From Cyanophyceae cyanobacterium (GTDB taxonomy: Bacteria; Cyanobacteriota; Cyanobacteriia; Cyanobacteriales; JBHJGN01), in contig JBHJGN010000049.1 of assembly GCA_050331735.1 (NCBI GenBank), positions 1 to 64,000 on the forward strand: a DNA stretch of 64,000 bases. The letters are read 5' to 3'. The position numbers and the translations under genes are program-made. The first letter of the stretch is position 1. Each line of letters begins with the position of its first letter. Shown piece by piece: positions 39,913-49,984 of the stretch. Under the pieces are notes generated by a model that was not told the origin of the DNA, did no database searches, and saw nothing but the letters and a program-made list of their open reading frames with translations.

Positions 39913-40137
39913 CTATTAGAAATCAATAAGGTTTTCAAAAACAATGTTTGTTTGAACTAGTTTATCAACACTTTTTAAGGCAAACAATATAAAAACAGAT
40001 CCGATAAGAGAACAAGCTTCAAGCTTCAAAGAAGCTAAACCAAATAAGAGTGACACCAAGAAATTCATTCAAACGCGCCCAGACAACACAATTTGCTTAT
40101 TGCTTAATACAGCAACGTTTACATCAGCAAATTTTGT

Positions 40138-40932
40138 TTATTCAGGATATATTGAAGTTAAATTTGTGCTATTTGGTCTGGCAGTTACTAATAGTTGAGG
40201 CATAGAAACGCCACCTCTGAAAATAAAGTCCCGCAAAATCCACCATCCTCTCCAAGTAGCAAACACGCGCAGCGCCGGTTTGGCTGACGGATAGAGTTGT
40301 CTCCAACGGAGAAGGTCAGCGCGAGACAAAAACCAATCATCGCAGCGGTAGAGGTCAACCGAGAATCTTGCTTTCTTAAGCAGCGCAAACACATCCCCCT
40401 GACTAAAGGCGTGGAGGTGATAGGGATCGATATGTCGGGTTTCACCAAGAGGTGCAGAAAGCAACAGATCTCCCTCTGGAACTAAAAGGTGGTGAATACG
40501 CTCGAGGAACTTGTTAGGATGGGGAACGTGTTCTATCGTCTCAAAAGAAACAACAACATCGAACGGCTCTGACCAATTAAACTGCTCTGCATCGGCGCAA
40601 ACAAATTCTAGGTTGTCCTCCTGATAGTTCTGCCTAGCATACTGCACCGTCTCTGGACACACATCAACTCCCACTACGGTCTGTGCACCAGCAAGGCATA
40701 ATATCTGGCTGCCGTACCCCGTACCGCAGGCAATATCAAGAACTCGTTTTCCTTTCACATAGCGTGCCGCCGTTTTATAGCGCTCAAAGTGAATATTAAA
40801 AATTTTTTGACTAGCCGGATCGTTCTGGGTCTTTTTGGGAATAAAGCGTTCCCAGGTCACGGTGAGAGCCTGGTTGGAGAGCACTACTGAGTTATACTGG
40901 TCTGCTTGTTCTTGGGGGATTTTGTCTTGCAT
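40138..40932 (-). CDS. Class I SAM-dependent methyltransferase (probable O-methyltransferase)
   Basis: 'HFERY', motif I 'VLDIACGTGYG', 'FDVVVSFETIEH', 'PYHLH'. Confidence 0.9.
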   Translation of the reverse strand: MQDKIPQEQADQYNSVVLSNQALTVTWERFIPKKTQNDPASQKIFNIHFERYKTAARYVKGKRVLDIACGTGYGSQILCLAGAQTVVGVDVCPETVQYARQNYQEDNLEFVCADAEQFNWSEPFDVVVSFETIEHVPHPNKFLERIHHLLVPEGDLLLSAPLGETRHIDPYHLHAFSQGDVFALLKKARFSVDLYRCDDWFLSRADLLRWRQLYPSAKPALRVFATWRGWWILRDFIFRGGVSMPQLLVTARPNSTNLTSIYPE

Positions 40933-41069
40933 AAAAACCTCTGAAAAATTGCAGGAGTTGATGGCTTGATCAGGAGAAGACTGACATGAGTTAGTTGAAT
41001 CAGCGTTGCTGAATCGGGAATGATTGAAGAGGATAGTCGTTAATGATTAACCATCAATTTCATAACGGT

Positions 41070-42287
41070 TTAATTAAGGTTGACACGACGATTAGCAGCC
41101 AGGCCGTTTAATAAATGCTGATAGTAGTGATGAAGCTTTTGACAGCCTTGCTCGACCGAAAACTGCTTGGCATCTTGCAATGCTCGCTGAGTAATGTCTG
41201 TAGTGTTGCTGGCTAAAACCCTTTCTAAGCAGTTCGCTAACTCTTCGACGTTATCAGGGGGAGCAAGATAGCCGTTGACGCTATCAATTAGATAGTCCGA
41301 TACGGCACCGCTATTGACCGTGACGACCGGAATGCCGGATGCCATGGCCTCTACTATCGTGAGTCCAAAGGTTTCATAGGGAGAAGGACTACAGAAAACA
41401 TCACCGGACGCTAAAACATTCGCCTTCGTTTCTCCGAGCAGAAAACCGGTAAAGTGAATATTAGAAATAGGTGCGGCTAGGCGTTTTAAGTGTTTAACCA
41501 CCTCATCAGGACCATCTCCGACAATGAGCAAAGCACAGTTAGGGTGAGATTGTTTGAGGAGGGCAAAGGCTTCGATGAGCAAATCGACTCGTTTTTCAAA
41601 GCCAAGACGACCTAAAAAAAGCAAGACTTGGCGATCCTCACTTCCTAGCCACGGTTCCAAGTGTTTCCGATGCCGACGCTCTGGAGAATAGGTAGAAATA
41701 TCAGTTCCGAAGAAAGGAATGACTTCAGTGTTCTGGATGCCCATTGCTTGGCAGCTTTGAGCCGCCGCCTGACTCGGACATACGGTGACATCGAGCTGAT
41801 GATAGAGATAGCTGGGAAGTCGCAAGCGACTGAACAAACTGCGCAACCACTGCCAGCCAGGATAGGTCTCGGAAAAATTGTAGACATCCGTATGGTACTC
41901 GGCGATGTAGGGAATGTGCTGCGAGTTCGCATAGCGCTGTCCCGGTAAATGCCACGCACTCAACAAAAAAAACCGCTCTACGTCTGTTGTTATAATCAAA
42001 TCCGGCTGATAATCCGCCAGCTTTCGGCTAATCTGGCGAGCGGCGGCTATGGTTGGGACATAGGTAAGTTTGTAGGGCAGCCAGGGTTTTGAACGGTAGC
42101 GTTCAACGGTCAGCTCTGAATCGGCTTCAGGGGATGCCGCTTGCCCATCTGGGGCAAACACCACGACCCGATATCCGTGCTGGGCCAACCACTGCACTCG
42201 CGCCCAGTTAAATAGAGCAGAACCACTCACTTCTGGAGGAAAAGCAGTGACAAGGAAAACAAGAGTATAAACGCGATCGAGGCTCAT
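41070..42287 (-). CDS. GT4-family (GT-B) glycosyltransferase
   Basis: Start reassigned to ATG 42287; 'FPPEVSG', 'YHTD', 'GRLGFEKR', 'ETFGLTIVEAMASG'. Confidence 0.92.
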   Translation of the reverse strand: MSLDRVYTLVFLVTAFPPEVSGSALFNWARVQWLAQHGYRVVVFAPDGQAASPEADSELTVERYRSKPWLPYKLTYVPTIAAARQISRKLADYQPDLIITTDVERFFLLSAWHLPGQRYANSQHIPYIAEYHTDVYNFSETYPGWQWLRSLFSRLRLPSYLYHQLDVTVCPSQAAAQSCQAMGIQNTEVIPFFGTDISTYSPERRHRKHLEPWLGSEDRQVLLFLGRLGFEKRVDLLIEAFALLKQSHPNCALLIVGDGPDEVVKHLKRLAAPISNIHFTGFLLGETKANVLASGDVFCSPSPYETFGLTIVEAMASGIPVVTVNSGAVSDYLIDSVNGYLAPPDNVEELANCLERVLASNTTDITQRALQDAKQFSVEQGCQKLHHYYQHLLNGLAANRRVNLN

Positions 42288-42321
42288 GGCTTGTATAAAA
42301 GAAACGTTAACTGATTCAGCT

Positions 42322-45300
42322 TCATATCCTCCTAGCCGCGACTGGAGCCGAAATAAACCCACTGCGGACTAAGTACGAAAAATAAGTGTCAAGCAAGCGA
42401 AAATCGAGAGGAGGGCAATCAATATTAGAGTCAGCTAGAGCAGCCAGCGTTGCTTGACAGCCGATTTTGGGTCTTTTATCTTGCTGATTCAGCTCAATAT
42501 AGGTGAGGTCATCAAGCCAGCGATGCACAAAAAACGGCAGCAGCGGATAGAGGGGATTGTCTCGACTATCGTTGAGCTTGGCTTGCCAGTTGGAATACGC
42601 TTCGCGATCTATGGCATAGCCAAAGAAGCGCATAAACTCGCTCAATTGGCTCCAGTGGAGCGGTGACGGGTTTTGCAGGTGAAATGCCTGACCAAAAGAC
42701 TGCTTCTGCTTTGACAAATAGACGATCGCCTGAGCGACGTAATCTACTGGCGACAGATCTAAGAGCACGTCGAGATCTGCCATACTGCCCATCTGAATAC
42801 AGCCTTTGATCATGCGGCATAAAAAGCCACTAGTATTCCAAACGCCCGTGCGACTGTGCCCAGAAATCAACGGAGGGCGGTAGATACACATCGGCAGTCC
42901 GCGCTCACCGGCCTTTGTTACCAGCCTTTCCGACACCCACTTACTCTGAGAGTAGCCGAGGTAAATGCCCTCGCTTGGCACTACCAAGTCGGCTTCCGTG
43001 ACCGCTTTGCCATAAAAAGCCGATGACTCAAACACCGCTACGCTGGAAACATGATGAACTGGTTTTATCCTGTCGGTAGTAGCTAATTTCAGGACTTCTT
43101 GAGTTCCGAGAACATTGATCGATTTCAGTCTGGAGTAGGGATAGACATAGCTCAAAAACGCTCCATTGTGGTAGATCGTCTCGATATGAGCGGCTAAGTG
43201 TTGCCACTGGTCGTTAGCCAGACCCAGTTGCGGCTGAGCGAGATCGCCCACCACCGGAACGATTCTCGCCCTGAAATCTTGCTGCCAGAGAGCGTAGGTG
43301 GCCAAATTTTGTTGCAGCCTTAGATAACCGGACTCGGCATCGGCAGTACGCACTAAACAGTAGATGTCGGCTTGAGTTTGCTGAAGGAGTTCGTAGAGTA
43401 AAAAGGCTCCTAAAAAACCGGTGGCTCCGGTTAATAAAACTGCCGTCGGTTCAGTAATCAGCTCAACGGGGTCCGTCCCCGGAGCAATGGTCCGCTCTAG
43501 AGTCGCTTCAGCGTCCAAATCCACCTCATTGACAACCGCCGTCGGTTTTCCCGGTGTTAGCTGCTCGGTTAAGAGGGTCAAGAGGTTAGCAACGCTCGGC
43601 TCCTCGATGAACGCTCGAATCGGTAGCTCCGCCTGGAGCTGAGTTTGCACTGCGTTTCTGAGATCCACCGCCATAAGCGAGTCGAAGCCCAAATCTTGAA
43701 GAGACTGATGGATATCGATCTCAGCGGGGGCTACCTCCAGCAGCTTCGCCACCTGACCTTGAATGTAGGTGGTTAACAGGTGAGAGCGATCGCCCTCGTC
43801 AGCCTCCTGCCACTGGGATAAAATCGACCGCTGGTTTGATGCCGCTGCCTGGGTCGGACTCACTAGTTCAGCTAACAGGGGTAGCTGAGTCCCAGCGCCA
43901 AACTGCTGCTGAAACGCCGACCACTCGAACGGCAGCACCGCCACCTGCGGCTCCAGTCCCAGCACTTTAGCCAGCGCCTGCAAACCTTGCTCTGGAGCAA
44001 TCGTGCTGCCCTGGGTTACTTCCCCATAGCGGCTACTGAGCTTCGCTGCCATCCCGCCATCGCTCCACGGTCCCCAGTTAATGCTTAACCCCGGTAGTCC
44101 GAGGAAACAGCGATAGTGGGCTAGCGCATCCAAAAAGGCATTGGCGGCAGCGTAATTGCCTTGACCGGGCGAACCTAGCACCGAGGCGGCGGAGGAAAAC
44201 ATCACAAAGAAATCGAGCGGCAGGTGTTGAGTCAACTGATGCAGATTCCAGGCTCCTTCAACCTTCGGTGCTAGCACTCGACTAAACTGCTGCCAGTCCT
44301 GGTGCAGCAGAATTCCATCATCAAGCACTCCCGCCGCATGAATCACCCCACGCAGAGGCGGCAGGGAGGTTTGCATCTCGTCAAAGAGGGCGTTCATGTC
44401 CGAGCGATCGCTAACATCCGCCTGAACCACGCGCACCTCGGCTCCTCTAAGCTGGTTGAGAACCTCCTGAACCGACGGAGAAGCCCCCCGACGACTGGTG
44501 AGTACCAGATGCTGCACTCCCCGCTCTACCAGCCAGCGAGCCACCCTCAAACCTAAAGCCCCTAAGCCCCCCGTGATTAAATAAGTTCCGTCTGAGCGAA
44601 ACGGCACGGGGGGCGAATCGCTCAGTTGACGGCGCACCAAACGAGCGACATAAAGCTGTCCTTCCCGACACGCAATCTGTTCCCCCAGCAAGTCCATCGC
44701 TGCCAACAGCATTTCCCCCTCATCAGCGGACGGTTCGGGAGCTAAATCGATCGTGCCTCCCCAGAGTTCAGGGTGTTCTAGGGCAATAACTTTTCCCAGT
44801 CCCCCCAGCGGCGCTGGCGAGAGTTCTGGCTGAGTCCCCACTGGGACCGCTCTCGTCACCAACCATAGCTGAGCAGCAGTGAAGCGACCGTGTTTGACCA
44901 ATGCCTGCACTAAATAAAGGACGCACCCGCAGCCCCAGGTTTTTGGCTGCTCCCCAGACCAAATCGGTAAATTTTCCAGATATTCCTGGCCAGTCCACAG
45001 GTAAACAATGCTGAGCGGTTCTTGACTAACTGCCGATAGCTCTTGAAACAACCGCTCAAAATCTTCTCGCCGAGACGGATTGAGATAATAAATACCGTTC
45101 TGGTGCTGATAGGTTTTTCCCGGATAAACCAGAAAACACCGTTGTCCCTGCTGAGCAATGGCTGGTCCGGTTCCGGCATCATCAGCGAAAATGAGCCAGT
45201 TGCTCCCGTCTCGTTCTGAAGCTACTGGACGCGGCTGAGGCTGCCACTCTATCTGATAAAACCAGTCTTGAAGCGATGCCGTTTGCTGTTGCTCGCTCAG

Positions 45301-48069
45301 CAAATTTAGCAGCTTAGGCAACACTTTCGCCTCATCCGCTGATAGTTGGCCGGTCGCGAGCAGTTGCTGTTCGATTGAGCGGCGTTCGTCTGTGGGGAGC
45401 GCTAGCGAGGAAGCCTGACGATGACCATTCGCCTCTTTAAACCAGTAGCGCTGTCGCTGAAAGGGATACGTTGGCAGCACGACGCGACAACGGTGATAGT
45501 CTCGATCGAAGCCCATCCAGTCTACCGCGACTCCCCCCACATAGAGCTGCGCTAAACTTTGCAGAAGCGTTTGCCAAGGCGAACGCCTCGGCTCTAAACT
45601 AGCCAACCACCTCAATGGGGTGTAAGTGTTGCCGTCATTTTCGACCGCTAAACGTCCCATTCCCGTCAAAATTGGCTTGGGACCGCATTCTAAACCGATA
45701 TCAGCTTGGGCTTGCAGCACCTTGATGCCGTCCGCAAATCTCACCGGCTGGCGCAGGTGACGACACCAGTATTGCGGAGTGGCAATTTCTGCGGTGGCCA
45801 AGGCTCCAGTCACGTTGGAGATCAGCTTAACGGTCGGAGGGAAGTAGGTGACTTCCGAGGCCACCGCCTCGAAATCCGCCAGCATCGGCTCCATCAACGG
45901 AGAATGAAAGGCATGGGAAACCGTCAGGGGTTTCGTCTTGATTCCCTGGGCGGTGAGGGTTGCTCTGACGGCCTCAACGGACTTGCTCCGGCCAGAAATA
46001 ACCACGCTACGGGGTCCATTGAGCGCCGCGAGGGCAACTTGAGGGTAGGGAGCGATCGCTGCGGCCACCTGCTCGGCCCCGGCCATCACCGCTACCATCG
46101 CTCCATTAGCAGGAAGCGCCTGCATCAGCCGACCCCGAGCAGCAATCAGCTTCAAGCCATCTTCAAGGCTGAATACTCCGGCAAGACAGGCCGCGACGTA
46201 TTCCCCAACGCTGTGACCCATGACTATGGCGGGTTTGATGCCCCAAGCCATCCACATCTGCGCGAGGGCGTATTCCAGGGCAAAGAGAGCGGGTTGCGTG
46301 TAGGCGGTCTCGTCGAGCAGGGCGGAGGGTTGTTGAGGATACAGCAGCTCCAGTAAAGCATAGTCTAAGTAAGGGGCGAGGATAGTAGCACAGCGGTCGA
46401 GGGCGGCGCGGAAGGTGGGTTGAGTTTCGTAGAGCTGCTGACCCATACCGACGTATTGAGACCCCTGTCCGGTGAATAAAAAGGCAATTTTGGGACGCTT
46501 TTTGCTGGTGAGATGACCGCTAGCTAGCTCCGCTCCCGTTGCAAACGCTTCGAGAGCCGTGCGTAGCTGGGCCGCATCTGTGGCGGGGACCGCTAAGCGA
46601 TGGTTAAAGTGCGCTCGCCCGGTATTGGCCGTAAAGCACACATCGGCGATCGCCTCCTCCTGAGCGACAACGGCATAGCGCTGCGCTAATTCTTTCAGAG
46701 CGTCTGCACTCTTAGCAGAAAGGGTCAGCAGATGCAGCGGACGATCACAGTGACCTGCCTTCCGCCGATCAACCTTATTCGCGCTGGCGGGAACTTCCGG
46801 TGCCGCGGCTAACACGGCATGGCAATTTGTGCCTCCAAAGCCAAAGGCGCTGATGCCTGCTATCCGCTCGGGAGTATTCCAACGTTGATTCTCGGTGGGA
46901 ATGCGAAAGGAAGCTTCTAGGGTAATGTACGGATTGAGCTGCTGAAGGTGGAGATGAGGCGGAATCTCTCGATGCTGAAGCGCCAGCACCACCTTAATCA
47001 GGCTCGCCAGCCCTGCTGCTGCTTCCAGATGCCCAATATTGGTCTTCACCGAGCCAATCCAGCAGGGCTGATCCGCTTGGCGACCTTCCCGCAGGGCAGC
47101 CTGAATGAATTCCGCTTCGATCGGATCTCCTAAAGCGGTTCCGGTGCCGTGAGCTTCCACGTAGCTAATCTGCGCGGGAGCCACGCCCGCGCTGTCTAAA
47201 GCTTGACGAATCACTCGCTGCTGCGAAGGACCGTTGGGAGCCGTCAACCCATTGCTCAACCCATCCTGATTGACTGCTGAGCCGCGAATCACGGCCCGAA
47301 CGGTGTCTCCATCTCTGAGGGCATCCGAGAGACGCTTGAGGGCGATCGCCCCGCCGCCTTCTCCCCGCACATAGCCATCGGCCCGCGCGTCAAAGGTCTT
47401 ACAGCGACCGTCACTTGCCATCATGCGGGCTTGAGAATAATTAATCGTTGGCTCCGGCGACAGCATCAGGCTCACTCCCCCCACTAAGCAGAGCTCCGAC
47501 TCTCCCTGACGCAGACTTTGACAAGCGACGTGTACCGCCACCAACGACGAGGAGCAGGCCGTTTCTACCACCATGCTGGGTCCGCGCAGATTCAGCAGAT
47601 AGGACAGCCGATTCGCTGCGATGCACAGAGTATTCCCGGTGCCATCGTAGGCACTAATTTGGTTCAAATCCTGCGCCAGCAAGCGACCGTAATCGTAATT
47701 CCCAATGGCAATAAATACTCCTGTTTGACTGCCAGACAGCGTTTGAGGCGCAATTCCCGCATCTTCTAAACACTCCCAGGCCACCTCTAGCATCAGGCGC
47801 TGCTGCGGGTCGAGGCGCTCTGCTTCGCGGGGAGAAATATTAAAAAAACCAGGGTCGAACTGATCTACCTGCTCCAGAAATCCGCCCCAGCGCGTATTCA
47901 TCTTTCCAGGAGTGGCTGGTTCCGAAGCATAGAAAGCATCGACATCCCAGCGATTTCCTGGCACTTCCGTAATGGCATCGCCACCGCTCTGCAAAAGTTC
48001 CCAGAAAGCTTTGGGGTTGCTCGCTCCCGGAAAGCGACAGCCCATTCCAATAATTGCTATAGGTTCCAC
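42322..48069 (-). CDS. Single-module type I PKS: KS-AT-KR-ACP-thioester reductase
   Basis: KS 'TACSSS', 'EAHGTGT', 'NIGHLE'; AT 'GHSVG' + 'HAFH' (malonyl); KR 'GGLGALG', 'LDD', 'YAAAN'; ACP 'GFDSL'; R domain 'TGATGFLG', 'YSQSK'; GTG start after GAGGAG. Confidence 0.95.
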   Translation of the reverse strand: MEPIAIIGMGCRFPGASNPKAFWELLQSGGDAITEVPGNRWDVDAFYASEPATPGKMNTRWGGFLEQVDQFDPGFFNISPREAERLDPQQRLMLEVAWECLEDAGIAPQTLSGSQTGVFIAIGNYDYGRLLAQDLNQISAYDGTGNTLCIAANRLSYLLNLRGPSMVVETACSSSLVAVHVACQSLRQGESELCLVGGVSLMLSPEPTINYSQARMMASDGRCKTFDARADGYVRGEGGGAIALKRLSDALRDGDTVRAVIRGSAVNQDGLSNGLTAPNGPSQQRVIRQALDSAGVAPAQISYVEAHGTGTALGDPIEAEFIQAALREGRQADQPCWIGSVKTNIGHLEAAAGLASLIKVVLALQHREIPPHLHLQQLNPYITLEASFRIPTENQRWNTPERIAGISAFGFGGTNCHAVLAAAPEVPASANKVDRRKAGHCDRPLHLLTLSAKSADALKELAQRYAVVAQEEAIADVCFTANTGRAHFNHRLAVPATDAAQLRTALEAFATGAELASGHLTSKKRPKIAFLFTGQGSQYVGMGQQLYETQPTFRAALDRCATILAPYLDYALLELLYPQQPSALLDETAYTQPALFALEYALAQMWMAWGIKPAIVMGHSVGEYVAACLAGVFSLEDGLKLIAARGRLMQALPANGAMVAVMAGAEQVAAAIAPYPQVALAALNGPRSVVISGRSKSVEAVRATLTAQGIKTKPLTVSHAFHSPLMEPMLADFEAVASEVTYFPPTVKLISNVTGALATAEIATPQYWCRHLRQPVRFADGIKVLQAQADIGLECGPKPILTGMGRLAVENDGNTYTPLRWLASLEPRRSPWQTLLQSLAQLYVGGVAVDWMGFDRDYHRCRVVLPTYPFQRQRYWFKEANGHRQASSLALPTDERRSIEQQLLATGQLSADEAKVLPKLLNLLSEQQQTASLQDWFYQIEWQPQPRPVASERDGSNWLIFADDAGTGPAIAQQGQRCFLVYPGKTYQHQNGIYYLNPSRREDFERLFQELSAVSQEPLSIVYLWTGQEYLENLPIWSGEQPKTWGCGCVLYLVQALVKHGRFTAAQLWLVTRAVPVGTQPELSPAPLGGLGKVIALEHPELWGGTIDLAPEPSADEGEMLLAAMDLLGEQIACREGQLYVARLVRRQLSDSPPVPFRSDGTYLITGGLGALGLRVARWLVERGVQHLVLTSRRGASPSVQEVLNQLRGAEVRVVQADVSDRSDMNALFDEMQTSLPPLRGVIHAAGVLDDGILLHQDWQQFSRVLAPKVEGAWNLHQLTQHLPLDFFVMFSSAASVLGSPGQGNYAAANAFLDALAHYRCFLGLPGLSINWGPWSDGGMAAKLSSRYGEVTQGSTIAPEQGLQALAKVLGLEPQVAVLPFEWSAFQQQFGAGTQLPLLAELVSPTQAAASNQRSILSQWQEADEGDRSHLLTTYIQGQVAKLLEVAPAEIDIHQSLQDLGFDSLMAVDLRNAVQTQLQAELPIRAFIEEPSVANLLTLLTEQLTPGKPTAVVNEVDLDAEATLERTIAPGTDPVELITEPTAVLLTGATGFLGAFLLYELLQQTQADIYCLVRTADAESGYLRLQQNLATYALWQQDFRARIVPVVGDLAQPQLGLANDQWQHLAAHIETIYHNGAFLSYVYPYSRLKSINVLGTQEVLKLATTDRIKPVHHVSSVAVFESSAFYGKAVTEADLVVPSEGIYLGYSQSKWVSERLVTKAGERGLPMCIYRPPLISGHSRTGVWNTSGFLCRMIKGCIQMGSMADLDVLLDLSPVDYVAQAIVYLSKQKQSFGQAFHLQNPSPLHWSQLSEFMRFFGYAIDREAYSNWQAKLNDSRDNPLYPLLPFFVHRWLDDLTYIELNQQDKRPKIGCQATLAALADSNIDCPPLDFRLLDTYFSYLVRSGFISAPVAARRI

Positions 48070-48245
48070 AATCGCTCCTCGATCGTCCAGTTCTGCTGCT
48101 TTACACCCATCTTGACTGTGTGCTTGTCAACAATTATTTGCTCACCGTGAAATCTGGGTGGCGGTTCTTAACCATGAACAATCAACAAAAAGCAAGGCTG
48201 TCAGTTAATTTCTTAGGCCATCGAGAACCGCTACTCTCCAACTCG

Positions 48246-49595
48246 CTACTGATGCATAGAGCGAGAAAACTGCTTAAACGCCTTAACGTTGTTTTGCAGA
48301 GCTTGCTCAATCGAGCCTCCAGCAGCCATCAGGCGCATCTCTCGATTGACAGCCCACAGGTAGTCAACCCCGTCGAAGAAGCGGCGCAGATCGCTCAGCA
48401 GACGCTGATGATACTTAAGATTGATGTGAAATCCTTCGTGTTCTTGACACAAACATCTTTCTAGCCAGTACAGTGAATCTTGGGCAGAGAGATTAAAGAG
48501 CGGAGACTGAAGTAGCTGATAAAACGAGAGCATAAAGGGAGCATCATGTTTGCAGATAGCCGGCAGTCCACCCGAAAGACCATTGAGACTCACCTTTTGC
48601 ACCCGATAGATAGTGAGGTTAGCAACGAATTTTTCGTAGGCCGTCGGTTTAGAGAAGTCTTTATAGAGCTCTTTCCCAATCAGTTGAGAGGTGGTGGTGT
48701 GGAAAGATTCATCTAAAAGATGATAGTAGGATACCGCTGTTGGCACCGGAATAAACTCGCCAGCCTTCTCCAATTTTCGGTAGTACTGAACGTAGCGGTA
48801 TTCATAATTTTTGAGCAGCAGGTTAGCGATATAGCGCGTGACGTAGAACAGGCAGGCTAAGAAGGGGGAACTGCCGCAGTTTAACGTGAACAACTGCTGT
48901 ACTGAGCGGGGGGCTAATTGTCCGAGCAACCCCGTTGTTTGGGCTGGCAGCTTTTCCCCTTTAAGGTCCAGTTCTCGCAGGTACTGAGAATAACAATGGC
49001 CGGGTCTTAGCATTTGAGTCGTGAAGAAGCGAAAGGTAGATTCCTGGAGCGACTCGAATGGCTGCTGAGGCGCTATTCCTCTAGCAATCTGCTCGGTTCG
49101 TCTACCGTGACTAGCGGTTTTTAAGTCAGATCTTCCGAGTAGGGCTCGTTTTGTTTTCGATCCAATTCTTTGAAAGGCATGAATATGGGAGTATTCTTGC
49201 TCGGTTTCTAGCTGGAGCTCCTGGCAGAGGGTATCGTACCCGCCCAAGCTGGCGAAAACACCCGCCGTTACCTGATTGTAAAGCACTGCATTGGCTTCGG
49301 TTGCCGCCGTTTGGCTGTATTGCCTCATCCAGTAGAGATGGTTGAGTGCTCGTTGTTGTGAGGGGGAGGCTTCTACGTATAGCGGAGTGCCATAGAGGGT
49401 AGAAAGTTCCGGAGGACTCCAGTAATCATTAGCGTTATGAGCGTAGCTAAAGCTTTTCTCCAGCTCCTCTATTCTTTCGGTGTAGTCGGAATCAACGTTG
49501 CGCTGATAGGTAATTTCCGTTAGTTTGACGTGTTTTTTGACTCCCTGAGAGGAAGATGACAATTGGTTTTGAGGAGAGACAAGAGTATTGAGCAT
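48246..49595 (-). CDS. CylC-type dimetal-carboxylate halogenase (AurF-like ferritin fold)
   Basis: 'YWSPPELSTLYGTPLY', 'LNHLYW', 'EANAVLYN', 'ETEQEYSHIHAF' (ExxH), 'HLLDESFH', 'HEGFH'; directly after FAAL-ACP, as in cyl/col/brt-type clusters. Confidence 0.85.
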   Translation of the reverse strand: MLNTLVSPQNQLSSSSQGVKKHVKLTEITYQRNVDSDYTERIEELEKSFSYAHNANDYWSPPELSTLYGTPLYVEASPSQQRALNHLYWMRQYSQTAATEANAVLYNQVTAGVFASLGGYDTLCQELQLETEQEYSHIHAFQRIGSKTKRALLGRSDLKTASHGRRTEQIARGIAPQQPFESLQESTFRFFTTQMLRPGHCYSQYLRELDLKGEKLPAQTTGLLGQLAPRSVQQLFTLNCGSSPFLACLFYVTRYIANLLLKNYEYRYVQYYRKLEKAGEFIPVPTAVSYYHLLDESFHTTTSQLIGKELYKDFSKPTAYEKFVANLTIYRVQKVSLNGLSGGLPAICKHDAPFMLSFYQLLQSPLFNLSAQDSLYWLERCLCQEHEGFHINLKYHQRLLSDLRRFFDGVDYLWAVNREMRLMAAGGSIEQALQNNVKAFKQFSRSMHQ

Positions 49596-49640
49596 TAATT
49601 TTTCCTGACAGATAAAGAATCTGGTGACGATGGTGGTAGT

Positions 49641-49943
49641 TTATGATTGGTCTTGGCAGTCTTGAGCAATGCGCTCAGCTAACGCCTCAATGGTGGGGTA
49701 GTTATATAGCAGAGTCGGATTGAGTTTCCGCTCGAGCCAGTCTTCCAAATCTCCAGAGAGTTCAACAGCCTCCGCAGAATCAAGACCGTATTGCTCAAAC
49801 GGAAGCGTTACATCAACCTGTTCTGGCTCTTCTTCTAGCAGTTCGGCTAAATAGTTCACGATCCAGGTTTGAATGTCTTCGGGTGAAGGAGATTTCTGGG
49901 TGGGGACTGAAACCGTTGATGGGGCGTTATTCGGTTGATTCAT
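49641..49943 (-). CDS. Stand-alone acyl carrier protein
   Basis: 'IQTWIVNYLAELL', phosphopantetheine site 'YGLDSAEAV', 'PTLLYNYPTIEALA'. Confidence 0.93.
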   Translation of the reverse strand: MNQPNNAPSTVSVPTQKSPSPEDIQTWIVNYLAELLEEEPEQVDVTLPFEQYGLDSAEAVELSGDLEDWLERKLNPTLLYNYPTIEALAERIAQDCQDQS

Positions 49944-49984
49944 CAGGTTTTTTTAGTAGCAGTGCAGGTTGGGATTGAAGTTGC

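Noticed and set aside
45706..46356. 216-aa plus-strand ORF and the many other short overlapping ORFs in the track (e.g. 16208-16720, 11164-11544, 63091-63372)
   Set aside because: Antisense or out-of-frame shadows of well-supported genes, with no recognisable motifs
42322..48069. Heterocyst glycolipid (hgl) or PUFA-type synthase
   Set aside because: No multi-ACP HglE, KS-CLF or enoyl reductase genes; the FAAL-ACP-CylC loading cassette points to a different pathway
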